A DNA stretch of 64,000 nt, from contig JAAOMT010000659.1 of assembly GCA_016748015.1 (NCBI GenBank), positions 623,222-687,221 of the forward strand. The letters run 5' to 3'. The stretch comes from Geosiphon pyriformis uo1. Its lineage: Eukaryota > Fungi > Glomeromycota. The translations under genes were made by a program, and so were the position numbers. This document shows, piece after piece, positions 63,274 through 64,000 of this stretch (position 1 is its first letter; the number at the start of each line of letters is the position of its first letter). The notes under the pieces were generated by a model. The model did not search any database. It was not told the origin of the DNA and saw nothing but the letters and a program-made list of their open reading frames with translations.

Positions 63274-64000
63274 TGTTATGGTTTAAGAATTTAGCAAAAA
63301 GAATCATAAAAATAATACAAACTATTCAATCATAATATAGCACAGTAATAATCTTAGAAAGGTAATGATAAACATAGTAGCAAATACCATCTCGTGATAG
63401 TGGTAAGCACCAGTTCACAATAGCAGCCAACACCAACTGGTGATAGCAGCAAACACCAGGTTGAAATATCAAAAAGAAAGTATTTTCTCGTTGAACTATA
63501 AACATGTATATATACAGTAGTTTTAATATTAGGAAATAATCAATCAAGTAATAAAAATCATAACTTATCAAGCAACAGATCCAATTTTATCCGACAAACT
63601 CTACTTTAAATCATACTTTCAAATTAAATATCCCAAGAAACCTTTAAAAATCAAAAAGAAATGAAAAAGAATATTTAAAACGGAACTATCACAACCCAAA
63701 GTATTAAGAAACTTACTTGTATTATTTATTGAATGAAACTATCATTCATCAATTGAATCCCTTGGAAGAATAATCCTTGATCAAGATTATTCATATTGTT
63801 ACTAATTGATAAAAGCTTTATTGTGAGAATTAGAAAAGCACTAAAGACCATTAACATTCTGTGTTTCTAGATTAGAGAAACACATCAGGCAATTGCAAGG
63901 ATAGCCTCAGAGAAGACCCCAGACAGTGGGTAGATTTCAGTTCAGCCTCTGAAAAGGAGTACATAAACACACACAACAATCAAGAATTAAAGAATAACTT
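63274..64000. repeat. Probable LTR of a different family (runs off window end)
   Basis: Integrase homology stops abruptly at TGTTATGGTTTAAG; non-coding; degenerate ~22-bp repeats at 63394-63460. Confidence 0.45.

Overview
Eukaryotic, AT-rich and CpG-depleted window made almost entirely of nested, decaying retrotransposons; no host gene, RNA gene or CRISPR array is supported. The repeat content is compatible with a TE-rich fungal genome, but the host cannot be established from the window. Three main families are present. (1) A ~7.7 kb Ty3/gypsy LTR family (two complete copies, a three-LTR tandem, fragments and solo LTRs). Its architecture is unusual: gag, a UUUAAAC -1 frameshift into PR-RT-RNaseH, a conserved stop, a separately initiated integrase ORF, then an unknown 218-aa ORF4 ending inside the 3' LTR. 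Its PBS matches elongator tRNA-Met, and its U5 holds two further boxes complementary to that tRNA's anticodon arm. It makes 4-bp NTAN target-site duplications (TSDs). (2) A ~7.4 kb LINE (ORF1 RRM-CCHC; ORF2 APE-RT-RNaseH-Zn). (3) A ~2.4 kb non-autonomous, ORF1-only (HAL1-like) element with a divergent ORF1, a TSD and a poly(A) tail, which shares a structured ~140-nt 3' tail and a 5' motif with the LINE. TSDs allow the insertion order to be reconstructed. Two N gaps limit certainty about the tandem array. All coordinates were read by eye and may be off by a few bases.
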